DNA of 64,000 bases, from assembly GCA_963664705.1 (NCBI GenBank), contig OY761556.1, positions 4,192,001 through 4,256,000 of the forward strand, read 5' to 3'. Shown here in pieces: positions 30,023 to 40,281 of this stretch. Position 1 is the first letter of the stretch, and each line of letters begins with the position of its first letter. The translations under genes were made by a program, and so were the position numbers. The notes below the pieces were generated by a model, which saw only the letters and a list, made by a program, of their open reading frames with translations, did not search any database and had not been told where the DNA came from. The DNA comes from Acidobacteriota bacterium. Its GTDB lineage: Bacteria; Acidobacteriota; UBA6911.

Positions 30023-31105
30023 CTATCTTTGGATGCGTGCAGACCCACCCTGCGCAAAGGCTTTGACCTGATCCAGCGTCGCCATGGATGTATCGCCCGG
30101 AAATGTAGTCAGCAATGCACCGTGTGCCCAGCCCAGATTGACCGATTGTTGAGGCGTTTCCCCGGCCAACAGCCCATAAATAAATCCGCTGGCAAATCCA
30201 TCCCCTCCACCCACTCGATCATAGATATCCAGTTCGCAGGTCGGCGAAACATATGTCTTGCCCTGGACCCATGCGACTGCGCCCCAACTATGTCGGCTTG
30301 TGGAATGGACCTCGCGCAAGGTCGTAGCCACGGCTTTTATTTGGGGATATTTCCTGATGACCTTCTCTATCATCCCGAAAAATGCACTTGGGTCGAGTTT
30401 TGATTTTGCACCGACCTCCGGTCCCGGCACTCCCAGTCCCTTTTGCAAATCCTCTTCGTTGCCGATCAGGACATCCACATTTTCGACAATCCGCGCGACC
30501 ACCTCGACCGCCTTCTGCTGGCCGCCCCAAATGCTCCAGAGCTTTTCGCGAAAATTCAGATCAAAACTTGTCACCGCTCCCGCCGATTTCGCGGCTTTCA
30601 TCCCCTCGGCAATCAAGGCTCCGGTTGTCTCGGACAAAGAGGCAAAAATGCCGCCGCTGTGAAACCAGCGAACACCGCCGGAAAAAATCGATTGCCAGTC
30701 AAAATCGCCCGGTTGCAGCAGCGCTGCCGCCTCATTACAGCGGTTGTAGAAAACCACCGGCGCGCGAACGCCGTGTCCTCGATCGCTATAAACGGTGGCC
30801 ATGTTCGGACCATTTACGCCGTTATGCTTGAACCGACGGTAAAAGGGCCGGACACCCATGGCTTTGACGCGTTCGGCAATCAGATCGCCGATCGGATATT
30901 CCGACATAGCGGTTGCAATCCCTGTAGTCATTCCAAAACAATCGGCCAGGTTGGCGGCCACATTGAACTCCCCACCGCTCACATGGATCTGGCAGGACAT
31001 TGCCTTTCGGAATGGAATAATGCCTGGATCCAGGCGATGCACCAGGGCCCCGAGCGAAACCAGGTCCAATGCTCCGTGCGAAGGGATATTCAGCTCATTG
31101 CTCAT
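30023..31105 (-). CDS. kdgK: PfkB family sugar kinase (KdgK-like)
   Basis: SGGEFNVA, FDLNFREKLW, GNEED, DRVGGGDGF. Start chosen at MSNELN (SD GGAG). Confidence 0.85.
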   Translation of the reverse strand: MSNELNIPSHGALDLVSLGALVHRLDPGIIPFRKAMSCQIHVSGGEFNVAANLADCFGMTTGIATAMSEYPIGDLIAERVKAMGVRPFYRRFKHNGVNGPNMATVYSDRGHGVRAPVVFYNRCNEAAALLQPGDFDWQSIFSGGVRWFHSGGIFASLSETTGALIAEGMKAAKSAGAVTSFDLNFREKLWSIWGGQQKAVEVVARIVENVDVLIGNEEDLQKGLGVPGPEVGAKSKLDPSAFFGMIEKVIRKYPQIKAVATTLREVHSTSRHSWGAVAWVQGKTYVSPTCELDIYDRVGGGDGFASGFIYGLLAGETPQQSVNLGWAHGALLTTFPGDTSMATLDQVKAFAQGGSARIQR

Positions 31106-31157
31106 TGTATACTCCGCATTTTCTATTCGTGATGGTCCGATTAATTCACGGCAGCTT

Positions 31158-32627
31158 CTAGACGGTATAGGAGGAAGAAGCCGTATCACCACCATGCCCC
31201 GTCCAATTCGTATGGAAGAATTTCCCACGGGGATGGTCGACGCGTTCGTATTGATGCGCCCCAAAATAATCCCTCTGAGCCTGGAGCAGGTTCGCGGGCA
31301 GCCTCCCATTGCGAAGCCCGTCGTAATAGCTCAGCGCGGTGGAAAGTGCAGGGACCCAGGCGCCATTGAGAACCGCTGCGGACACAACGCGCCGCCAGGC
31401 TTTCTGCGACCGTTCGATTCGCTCTTTGAAGAAAGGCGCCAGAAGCAGATTGGACAGGCTGGGATTTGCGTCAAAGGCTTCCTTGATTTTGGCCAGGAAG
31501 ACAGACCGGATGATGCAGCCGCCGCGCCACAGGGTTGCAATAGCGCCATAATTCAGGTTCCAATGGAATTCCTTTGCCGCCTCGCGCAGCAGGACAAAAC
31601 CCTGCGTATAGGAAACAACCTTCGACGCATACAGCGCCTTCTCCAGATCTGCCAGGAATTCCTGCCGTTTTCGCTTGAATTGCTTTACCGGCGGATGAAG
31701 CAGCTTCGAGGCTTCGACGCGTTCCTCTTTCATTGCGGAGAGACAGCGCGCAAACACAGCTTCGCTGATGAGGGTGAGCGGAATCCCCAAGTCCAGCGAT
31801 ACTACGCTGGTCCACTTTCCGGTTCCCTTTTGACCGGCCGTATCCAGGATCTTGTCTACCAGCGGCATTCCATCGGCATCCTTGAAGGCAAGGATATCGC
31901 CGGTAATTTCAATAAGGTAGCTGTTCAGATCTCCCTTATTCCATTTTCGAAATATTTCACTCATTTCGTCCGGAGACATGTCGAGGAGATCCTTCATCGT
32001 CTGATAGACCTCGCAGATCAATTGCATGTCCCCGTATTCAATTCCGTTATGGACCATTTTTACAAAATGGCCGGCACCATCCTCGCCCACCCAATCACAG
32101 CACGGCGTGCCATCATCCAGCTTTGCGGCGATAGCCTGCAGGATCGGCTTTACATGAGGCCACGCGGCGGGAGACCCGCCAGGCATGATCGAAGGTCCGA
32201 GCAGGGCACCTTCCTCCCCTCCCGAAACGCCGGTGCCGATGAAGAGCATGGATTTGGATTCGAGATATTTTGTCCGGCGAATAGTATCGGGAAAGTGCGA
32301 ATTCCCTCCATCGATCAGGATGTCACCGGGATCAAGGAGCGGCAACAATTGCTCGATCAGTTCATCGACCGGTTTCCCCGCCTTTACCATCATCATGATC
32401 TTGCGCGGAACCGCAAGAGAGCGTACAAACTCTTCGATGGTCGCAGAGCCGATGAAGTTCTTCCCGGCGCCGCGTCCGCCGGTAAACCGTTCAACCACTC
32501 CTTCTTCCACGCCGGGCACTGTGCGGTTGTACACCGCTACCGTGAAGCCTTTGTCTTCCATATTGAGGGCAAGGTTTTCGCCCATAACCGCTAGCCCGAT
32601 CATCCCGATATCCGCTTTGTCCTTCAT
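31158..32627 (-). CDS. gnd: 6-phosphogluconate dehydrogenase, decarboxylating
   Basis: IGLAVMGENL, VKMVHNGIEYGDMQ, QKGTGKW, QAQRDYFGAH. Confidence 0.97.
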   Translation of the reverse strand: MKDKADIGMIGLAVMGENLALNMEDKGFTVAVYNRTVPGVEEGVVERFTGGRGAGKNFIGSATIEEFVRSLAVPRKIMMMVKAGKPVDELIEQLLPLLDPGDILIDGGNSHFPDTIRRTKYLESKSMLFIGTGVSGGEEGALLGPSIMPGGSPAAWPHVKPILQAIAAKLDDGTPCCDWVGEDGAGHFVKMVHNGIEYGDMQLICEVYQTMKDLLDMSPDEMSEIFRKWNKGDLNSYLIEITGDILAFKDADGMPLVDKILDTAGQKGTGKWTSVVSLDLGIPLTLISEAVFARCLSAMKEERVEASKLLHPPVKQFKRKRQEFLADLEKALYASKVVSYTQGFVLLREAAKEFHWNLNYGAIATLWRGGCIIRSVFLAKIKEAFDANPSLSNLLLAPFFKERIERSQKAWRRVVSAAVLNGAWVPALSTALSYYDGLRNGRLPANLLQAQRDYFGAHQYERVDHPRGKFFHTNWTGHGGDTASSSYTV

Positions 32628-32643
32628 GTTTCCTCCGGACGAA

Positions 32644-32728
32644 TTTCAGATTTCCAATCTCAGACCTAAAATTTATTGCTCTATGTCCTGATCTTTTACC
32701 TATTCCCGGCTTTGAATTCCGAATCCTG
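32644..32728. repeat. Heptamer-periodic repeat
   Basis: TTTCAGA TTTCCAA TCTCAGA CCTAAAA, with partial inverted units in the adjacent gene end. Confidence 0.5.
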
Positions 32729-34009
32729 GTCTTTGATCGGCTCAAAACGATCTCGATGGGCCCAAAGGCCGAGTGCAGGATTGGAAATGAAAAAGATTTC
32801 CTCGCCGCCTGGTAATCGATTGAACCCCTCGCTCAGCTTTTCCGGGTTGTATTTCTCCATCATTGCGTTCAGATCCGCATAACGGAAATGGACCGCTTCA
32901 ATTTCCCTCCGGCTGAGTTTTCCGGGGCAATAAGTGATGCTGAACCGGCCTTCCGAGGATCCATGAATCAAGTGGGCAGCCGTTCCCAGGTTCTCGCTCA
33001 GATCCTGCTGCTCCCGGACCAGCCTCAATATTTTTGGCGTACCCACATATCCGTACTTGCGAATCAGCTGGTCAATTCGATCGTCTTCTCCGAATCTTGC
33101 AAGACCAGGAGCAAGAACAATAAGCTCGGCATTATCCGCAAGCGCCATCCTTGTTCTATAGATGCTTTTATTGCCGAGCCATGTGCTTTTGAATTCCGAA
33201 GGATCAAGGTATACGACCGCCTTCCGAATCGGAGTCTCAAGCATCTGAAAATTTACTTCTGCGGAAAGCTCCGCCGCTCGCCGGAAACACTCTACGTCAT
33301 CACCGATAAAGAGTCCTTTGATCGCAAGGTTTCCTCTCTCGTCCCTGGCAACCACCGTTAGAACATAAATGATCGGCAAATGGCGCGCATATCGCTCAGA
33401 AGCATAGTTAAAAACTTTTCGTACGGGAGTATCCGCGCGCCCCATCATGCGCTCCATCCCGTAGACGGCCCCGAGGAAATGTGTTTTGTTAATCCCCTCG
33501 GATCCTCCGGCCCCCACAAAGATATTCTTGTTATACCCGGCCATGCCGATCACTTCGTGCGGAACAATCTGTCCGATGGAAAGAATTAAGTCATGATTGC
33601 CTTCTCCGAGCAGTTGAGCAACCTGGATCGGGATGGAATAGTCTATTCGGCCCTCTGAGATCTCCTTTATGAAGGAACCCGGCACTTCTCCCAGCGTGGT
33701 CAATCCATCGCGCCAGTCGTGAACACGGAACAGTTCGCGCGGCACATTGCCAAACATGGTCCGGATCTCCTGATCCGTCATCGGAAAGTGCGTGCCGATG
33801 GCAGGCAGGACATCCACCAGCGATTCGCCATAGTATTCCCAGACCATTTCCGTCAGAAGTCCCGCCTGGGAATGGAATCTCGTGAAATCGGGGGGAACCG
33901 CAAGCACGCGCTTTTTCTTGCCTAGCTGTGCCAGGGCATCCGATAACGCCTGTCGGACGGCATGAGCAGACAACGTGCTATTTCGTGAACCACTGCTGAA
34001 ATAAATCAT
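32696..34009 (-). CDS. LarA (lactate racemase) domain protein, candidate sugar-acid 2-epimerase
   Basis: PPDFTR, AIGTH, HDW, VPHEVIGMAGYNKN motifs. Located between uxaE and gnd. Confidence 0.85.
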   Translation of the reverse strand: MIYFSSGSRNSTLSAHAVRQALSDALAQLGKKKRVLAVPPDFTRFHSQAGLLTEMVWEYYGESLVDVLPAIGTHFPMTDQEIRTMFGNVPRELFRVHDWRDGLTTLGEVPGSFIKEISEGRIDYSIPIQVAQLLGEGNHDLILSIGQIVPHEVIGMAGYNKNIFVGAGGSEGINKTHFLGAVYGMERMMGRADTPVRKVFNYASERYARHLPIIYVLTVVARDERGNLAIKGLFIGDDVECFRRAAELSAEVNFQMLETPIRKAVVYLDPSEFKSTWLGNKSIYRTRMALADNAELIVLAPGLARFGEDDRIDQLIRKYGYVGTPKILRLVREQQDLSENLGTAAHLIHGSSEGRFSITYCPGKLSRREIEAVHFRYADLNAMMEKYNPEKLSEGFNRLPGGEEIFFISNPALGLWAHRDRFEPIKDQDSEFKAGNR

Positions 34010-34059
34010 TGAGGCCTGTTCCTGATCTGATTATCAATTATGATTTTCAGATCCCAGTT

Positions 34060-35307
34060 TCAGATTCCAAAAAGAGGTCTGATATGTCGCTCGAAAAGAT
34101 TCGTAGTAACATTTTCCTCAACAATCTTCTTGTTTTCGTTGATGAGTTCGGTCAAACGATCTTTCTTCTCGGCCGCAATTTTGAACCCGATGTGGAAAAG
34201 CTGGCGCAGATGGCGATTATACTTCGCACAGGATTGATCATGTCTCAGGGCAAGCACAAATTCTTCAGGCCCCCAGGAGGATACAATCTCAGGCGCCGGA
34301 AGTCTGGAGGGATCGATATCGATGATCGCGACATAAGGCTTGCACAGCGCTTCGCAGCGCACATAGGATTCCGCATAGATCTGTTTTGCAAATTCCAATC
34401 CGGCTCCGCCGGAGGCAGCAATACCAGCCAGTTCTTCCAGCCACGTGGTTCCCGCGGTTTTCAGATGAACCCCGGCGTCAACGTTGCGGATGGCCCTGCA
34501 TATCAAAGGATACAGGCTGAACTTATCGCTCCCGGTATGGATGCTCATCTTCAGGTTGCCCGGGAGTCCGAAATTCCTGACCGCATAGGCAATCACCGCC
34601 AGATCATCTGCAAAATCCCGGGCAAATTGCTGTGGGTCGCCGACATAATCCACTCCCTTCAGGAAAGCTCCAGGAAATTTTGGAGCAATCGTCTGGACCG
34701 GAACTCCTTCATGCGCCAGGCCTATCAGGATGAGCAATAATTCCACCGCAGTCTGCGGCGTGCGCGCCTCATCAAAGGAGACTTCCGTAACAAACCGGTC
34801 TGTATCCATCTTTTCCCGGATATGCCGGTACAAAACACCGGCATCTGCAATGCCGCTCAGGTAATTGGCGGCAAAACTCTCAAGAACCGCGTCGGTGATT
34901 TCCACTTGCCGGCTCAACCCCGGGATCGCGTGCGATCCCTTATGGGGAACCATGGCATTGAAATAAGCGGATTTCAAAGAGCCTTCGGCCGGCTTGCCGA
35001 TTGCATCGGCAATATCAATGGTGAAGAAGTCGGAACAGGGAAGATAGCCTTCCACGGTGGACATCGTAATGTGGTCCGCATCCACATAATAGGAGTCCTT
35101 CCACCCGGTGACCCGCACGGCGTCATCGGCTTCCACGCGGGTTGATTCCGGTGCGGTTCCCACAATCGCATGTTCACGATTCGATTTGTTCCACACCGGC
35201 ACAGCGCGGATTCCGGCTGCGGCCGCCTTCTGCAACGCTCTTAATTGCGCGGCGCCTTCCAACCCGAACCTGTCTCCAACTCCAAATGAATACTTTTCTA
35301 TTTGCAT
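34060..35307 (-). CDS. uxaE: Tagaturonate/fructuronate epimerase
   Basis: FGVGDRF, DADHI, EVSFDE, SIHTGSDKFS, HLKTAGTTWLE. Start at MQIEK (SD GGAG). Confidence 0.88.
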   Translation of the reverse strand: MQIEKYSFGVGDRFGLEGAAQLRALQKAAAAGIRAVPVWNKSNREHAIVGTAPESTRVEADDAVRVTGWKDSYYVDADHITMSTVEGYLPCSDFFTIDIADAIGKPAEGSLKSAYFNAMVPHKGSHAIPGLSRQVEITDAVLESFAANYLSGIADAGVLYRHIREKMDTDRFVTEVSFDEARTPQTAVELLLILIGLAHEGVPVQTIAPKFPGAFLKGVDYVGDPQQFARDFADDLAVIAYAVRNFGLPGNLKMSIHTGSDKFSLYPLICRAIRNVDAGVHLKTAGTTWLEELAGIAASGGAGLEFAKQIYAESYVRCEALCKPYVAIIDIDPSRLPAPEIVSSWGPEEFVLALRHDQSCAKYNRHLRQLFHIGFKIAAEKKDRLTELINENKKIVEENVTTNLFERHIRPLFGI

Positions 35308-35432
35308 AGTCTCCATTATACAATCGCGCCGTCTGACCGATACCCAAAAGAGCAAAGTGCCACGAATTTCGCAATGCGAAACGAAAACTGCCTGCAGCGC
35401 TCCAAGTTTCCGCTTTGCTCGCTCCCATCAAT

Positions 35433-37463
35433 TCATCGTGGCCCATAATGTGGCAATGGTTTCCCTGTCTCGTACGCACCCAAATCCGGCATTTTCCCCG
35501 CATAATCGTCGTTGATGGTCGGCAGCAGCATTCCCGCATCAATGGCCGCCGAGCCAGGGCGCAATCTGAAGTCGCACTCATCCGGCCGGTAGAGTCGTTG
35601 CGGATCATCCTTATCGGGTATTTTCACGTTTATGAAGACATCATAGTCAACCAGAACACTGTGTTTATCCTGTCCCGTGGCCTGGCTATATTCCGCCAGC
35701 GATCCATATTGCCGGGCTTCAAGCTTATTCGCATAATCAGCTAACCGGCCGAAAGGAGGTGATATCCACTCAAACGCCACCTTCCCTCCCGGCGACGGAT
35801 GAAATCCGTTGTAATCGGAACTGGAATAGTTGGTAAAGGTCGTCATGGTCAGTGCCGGATCAAACCAGCCATCGCTCAAAATCAGGTTGTTTCTATAATG
35901 AAGGTTGGAGGCCGAAGTCGTGCCATGCGCCGCCCCGATAAATGTATTCTGATACACCAGAATTCCGGAAGGCGTGTCGATGTACTTGATGGCTCCGCCG
36001 GTTGTCGTATTGTAAACGATGTTCCGGAATATATAGTTCGGCCCGCCAAAAATGGGCTGGGAACTCAGGCCTCCGCCTGTGGAATTGAAGCAGCGGTTCT
36101 GGAAAACGCGCGTATTTCGCGCGCTTCCATCGGACTCGATGCAGTTATCCGCGGTGTTGGAGATGTCATTATTATAGATATCGATCGACATCGGCACGCG
36201 GTCATCATTTGCGACAGCAGTTCCATCCGGGGCTGTGCCATCCGGATTACCATAGGTGGCCACCGTGATGCCATCATGCCATCCGCTGGCATAGTTGTGC
36301 GCCACCACATGTCCCTGCCCATACACCTTGACGGCATAATCCGAAGTAATCACGGCCGGAAAATTTTCAAATTTGCCCCACACTTCCTGCCACCACCAGC
36401 TCAGGAGCCGTTTCGGATCATGCCGGCCGATGAAGGTATTATCGGCAATAAAGAAGTTCTTCGAGCCCGACCAATCCGCCTGAACGCCGCGCCCGATATT
36501 TTCCAGCCGGCAGCGTTTCAAGGTAAAGCCGCTCGCCCCGATAATGTTTTTCTGGCCAACCAGGAAGGCAAGATTCGTATTCCTAACCGTAATCCCTTCG
36601 AAATAGTTGTAATCGGCCGCAAGCAGATTGAATAGGGTCTGGCACCCATCTCCGTCAAAAACGACTTCGCCGTCTCCAGCGGCTTTGATAACAATCGGTC
36701 GATCGCGGGTCCCTTTACTGGTCAGATAGTATGTGCCGTCAAACGGAGTCCCATAGGCAGCTTCATTCGGATAAAAGCCGCTATAATGAAAGCGGTTGTC
36801 TTTATAGAGTCCGGCGTGCACAAGGATCGTATCCCCGGCCTGGGCCCGCGGGCCAAAAGAATTCGCATGATCGGAGTGATTCGATCCCGCGTAATAGGCC
36901 GCCAATAGCCCGACAAAGGCGGGTTCCTGTTTGGGGCCTTTATACCCATACGGGTAGACATGATATACATGCCCTTCTTTGGCGGGTTGCGGCTCCGTGC
37001 GCGTACGTGCAAAGACCTTCTTTTCCGACGGACCTTTAACGCCATCCGGATCGGATAAAACAAACCGGCATTCATATTCGGTCCCGGGCTGCAGATTCAG
37101 AATGCTCCCCGAAAACATGTTGGGAACGGTATAGTGGAAGGGGCTGACATACCCTGTTCCGTCCGACGCCGGCGGTTTTGGGTATCCCGGGCCCACGGGA
37201 TCTCCAATCTGTTCATGCTGCAACCGCAGGAGAGGAAGCGCAGGACGCCATCGCGACTCCCCCTTCATCCTATAGGAAACCTCAACGCGCGCATTGCGAT
37301 TATCGTCTCCTGATATTCTCCAGTCAAAACCGAGTGCTGTCAGGGTGGGGGGCTCCACGGAGAAGCCTCCGGTGTTTGTCGAATTCTGTGCGCTGCGGGC
37401 TGCGCCTTGCAGTGCAAACATACAAACCAGCAACAGCAGGGTGCTCTGCCCTCTGACTTTCAT
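35433..37463 (-). CDS. Secreted FN3 + right-handed parallel beta-helix protein
   Basis: Signal peptide, PTLTALG...GDDNRNA FN3-like region, Asn-ladder repeats, C-terminal DFRLRPGSAAIDAG...PDLGAYE. Confidence 0.85.
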   Translation of the reverse strand: MKVRGQSTLLLLVCMFALQGAARSAQNSTNTGGFSVEPPTLTALGFDWRISGDDNRNARVEVSYRMKGESRWRPALPLLRLQHEQIGDPVGPGYPKPPASDGTGYVSPFHYTVPNMFSGSILNLQPGTEYECRFVLSDPDGVKGPSEKKVFARTRTEPQPAKEGHVYHVYPYGYKGPKQEPAFVGLLAAYYAGSNHSDHANSFGPRAQAGDTILVHAGLYKDNRFHYSGFYPNEAAYGTPFDGTYYLTSKGTRDRPIVIKAAGDGEVVFDGDGCQTLFNLLAADYNYFEGITVRNTNLAFLVGQKNIIGASGFTLKRCRLENIGRGVQADWSGSKNFFIADNTFIGRHDPKRLLSWWWQEVWGKFENFPAVITSDYAVKVYGQGHVVAHNYASGWHDGITVATYGNPDGTAPDGTAVANDDRVPMSIDIYNNDISNTADNCIESDGSARNTRVFQNRCFNSTGGGLSSQPIFGGPNYIFRNIVYNTTTGGAIKYIDTPSGILVYQNTFIGAAHGTTSASNLHYRNNLILSDGWFDPALTMTTFTNYSSSDYNGFHPSPGGKVAFEWISPPFGRLADYANKLEARQYGSLAEYSQATGQDKHSVLVDYDVFINVKIPDKDDPQRLYRPDECDFRLRPGSAAIDAGMLLPTINDDYAGKMPDLGAYETGKPLPHYGPR

Positions 37464-37598
37464 ACCCACCCCCATCGGAAAACTTAGAATCTTTGAGCCC
37501 TTCAGGTTTACAATGGCTGCCTGTATCATCGGGTCACATTGATAGTCAGGCTATCCTATTACGAAACGTTGTGAAACGACCACACAGGAGTTAACAAA

Positions 37599-38918
37599 AT
37601 GGACGAGAAACTGACGCCGGAACTGAAACGGGAACAGCGGTTCGAACGGTGGTTGAATCCCCAGCACGTGCAGTTTTCAAATGAGCAATCAAAGGGGAAG
37701 TATCAGGCCAGGGTCAATCGGTTTATTAAGGCCATCAAGCTGGAAAAGCCCGACCGTGTACCGGTCATTCTGCCGGCGGGATCCTTTCCTCTCTATTATT
37801 CCGGGATGACGTTGAAAGAGGCAATGCACGACAATCAGCGCCTCATCCTGGCTTACCGGAAATTCCTGGCGGATTTTGAATCGGATACATTCAGCAGTCC
37901 CATGATGGTGGGTTCGTCAAAAGCATCAGAAATGATCAACGTGCTCAACCTGAAATGGCCGGGCCACGGATTGCCGGACAACGCCTCCATGCCGCAATTC
38001 GTTGAAGGCGAGTACATGAAAGCGGACGAATACGATCTATTCCTTGAAGATCTCAGCGACTTCTGCCTCCGCCGTTACCTCCCCCGCAGCATCGGAGCCC
38101 TTGCGCCGTTTGCGAACTTTTCCCCAACGCCATTCATTCTCGGGATGGCCAATCGATTCCTGACCCCTGCGGTCATGCCGCAAGTCCGGGCGGCCTACCA
38201 GGCTATCATTGACTATGGGATTGAAACGGCAAACTGGATGGGCCCGATGATGCAGTTCAATCATGAGGCCACGGCAGCAGGTTACCCGTCGTTTTTTGGC
38301 GGCCAGTCCCACGCCCCCTTCGATATTCTTGCGGACACGCTGCGAGGAACCAAAGGCATCCTCCTCGACATGTATCGCCAACCGGACAATATCCTGAAGG
38401 CCATGGACAAGATCGTCAAAATGAATATTGACGTCGGCCTGGATGGCATCAATATGTCCGGAGTTCCGCTCGTCTTCTTCGCCTTGCACAAGGGAGACGA
38501 TACGTTCATGTCCAGCAAACAATATCAGAAGTTCTACTGGCCGACCTTCCAGAAGGTCATCCTTGGACTGATTGAGGACGGTGCTGTTCCGCTGCTGTTT
38601 GCAGAAGGTAGATATGACAACCGCCTCGATATTATCAAGGACCTGCCACGCGGCAAGGTCATCTGGTATTTTGACCGGACCGACATGTTCCAAGCCAAAA
38701 AGGTGTTGGGAGATGTAGCCTGCATTTCCGGCAATGTGCCCGCATCGCTGCTGATCACGGGCACGCCTAAAGAGGTCAAGGAATACTGCAGGAAACTGAT
38801 TGAAGTTTGCGGCGAAGGCGGCGGCTTTATCCTGACCGGAGGCGCAAGCATTGATAAGGGCGATCCAAACAACCTGCGTGCGATGACCGAAGCAGCTATG
38901 GAATACGGGGTCTACTAG
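37599..38918 (+). CDS. Uroporphyrinogen decarboxylase family (URO-D/MtaA-like) protein
   Basis: PDRVPV, APFD..ADTLRG, FYWPTF, ISGNVP, GGGFIL. Confidence 0.88.
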   Translation: MDEKLTPELKREQRFERWLNPQHVQFSNEQSKGKYQARVNRFIKAIKLEKPDRVPVILPAGSFPLYYSGMTLKEAMHDNQRLILAYRKFLADFESDTFSSPMMVGSSKASEMINVLNLKWPGHGLPDNASMPQFVEGEYMKADEYDLFLEDLSDFCLRRYLPRSIGALAPFANFSPTPFILGMANRFLTPAVMPQVRAAYQAIIDYGIETANWMGPMMQFNHEATAAGYPSFFGGQSHAPFDILADTLRGTKGILLDMYRQPDNILKAMDKIVKMNIDVGLDGINMSGVPLVFFALHKGDDTFMSSKQYQKFYWPTFQKVILGLIEDGAVPLLFAEGRYDNRLDIIKDLPRGKVIWYFDRTDMFQAKKVLGDVACISGNVPASLLITGTPKEVKEYCRKLIEVCGEGGGFILTGGASIDKGDPNNLRAMTEAAMEYGVY

Positions 38919-38928
38919 AATCAAACAG

Positions 38929-38969
38929 TTCGTGGGGGCTCGCAGCGAACATCCGCGAATCCCCACGAA
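38929..38969. terminator. Hairpin between convergent genes
   Basis: TTCGTGGGG...TCGC...GCGA...CCCCACGAA. Confidence 0.5.
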
Positions 38970-39156
38970 TCCCGGGTTCGCAAATCTGCCGTACCGAAGC
39001 GCCACCTACCGGGAAAAAGCAAGAAGGCCGAGGGAAACCGATCGGAAACCGGGCCATCGCTCAACCTGTCCCTTTGTATCGCGGAAGTAATTTCCATTGC
39101 CTCGAATTATGGGAATCTACCGATGCCGTTCCGGCATCGGCTATAAAGGAACTCCT

Positions 39157-40236
39157 TCACTGGAGCGGAGAAAGACAAAACATCGAGGCCGTCAATTGGC
39201 CTGTGATTCTGCGTATTTTCAATGTAGTCACGTCAACCGCGTATAAATTCCAATCCCCTTCGTGGGGAGACCGGAAAATGACCTCCTTGCCGTCAGGCGC
39301 AAAAACGGCATCCTTGGGTTCAATGGTTCCTCCGGTCAGATTCACGGTTCGGTTGTCATTCACATAAACCAGAGCCAACCCACCGGGCGATTGAACCAGG
39401 AGAGCCTTCCCATCAGGAGCCCAGGAAACCTCCTGCGCCGGCATCATCCCCACATGTTTCCTGTTCGTACCATCCGCATTGACAACGCAGGCGGATGAAA
39501 CGCCCCCTTCCGCTTGAGGAGAAATGCTGATGTAGGCAATCCGATTTGAATCCGGGGACCAAACCGGTTTGATATCGATGGCCTGCGATTCCTCATCCAC
39601 ACGCTTCGAATGACGTCCGTCGAGACTCACAAGGTAAATTTCCGTGCTCTGTTCATTGCCAAAACTGAGCGCCAGGCGCGTCCCATCCGGCGAAAACGAT
39701 CCATAGCAGTTTTGACCAAACCCGGTAACGCGTTTCTTTTCACCCGTCCGCAGATTGACCAGATAGGCGGCGCTCATTGGAGGTCTCTTCGCACTCACTA
39801 CATCCAAATCATCATGCGCCGGGTCTTCATAAGCTGAGACCACCAGCAACTGCCGGCTGTCCGGTGACCATTCGAAACGGCTGACAGGAAAATCGAGAAG
39901 GCGATTGCGGTTAGCTCCTGATGCATCCATCCAATACAGGGGAAGATGCATGGGCATGCGATACTTGGTCAGCATCTGGGAATCCTCATGCCGGGCGGCA
40001 AAAAACAGAATCTTTTTCCCATCAGGAGACCAGGAGGAGGTTCGCAACTGGGCAGTCGCATCCGACGTCACGAGTTTCCCCCCCGTGGTGTCGGAATTGA
40101 TCACAAAGATGCCATGCTGTCCGGACCGGGCGGGGACCAGCGCGATTTTGTATTCGTCCTTTTTTCGGGAAACGGGAGAACAAGACAGAAGAAAAGTCAG
40201 TCCGGCCAAAGCCAGGCAGAACTTCAGTTTGGTCAT
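39157..40236 (-). CDS. TolB-like PD40 beta-propeller lipoprotein
   Basis: Lipobox LLSC and repeated WSPDG/FSPDG units. Confidence 0.88.
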   Translation of the reverse strand: MTKLKFCLALAGLTFLLSCSPVSRKKDEYKIALVPARSGQHGIFVINSDTTGGKLVTSDATAQLRTSSWSPDGKKILFFAARHEDSQMLTKYRMPMHLPLYWMDASGANRNRLLDFPVSRFEWSPDSRQLLVVSAYEDPAHDDLDVVSAKRPPMSAAYLVNLRTGEKKRVTGFGQNCYGSFSPDGTRLALSFGNEQSTEIYLVSLDGRHSKRVDEESQAIDIKPVWSPDSNRIAYISISPQAEGGVSSACVVNADGTNRKHVGMMPAQEVSWAPDGKALLVQSPGGLALVYVNDNRTVNLTGGTIEPKDAVFAPDGKEVIFRSPHEGDWNLYAVDVTTLKIRRITGQLTASMFCLSPLQ

Positions 40237-40281
40237 AATTACTCCTCACCCGCACACTGCCGGGAGGCTCTGTTCATTGGA

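Noticed and set aside
30858-32594. 578-aa plus-strand ORF
   Set aside because: Antisense shadow of gnd and the sugar kinase, with no domain motifs.
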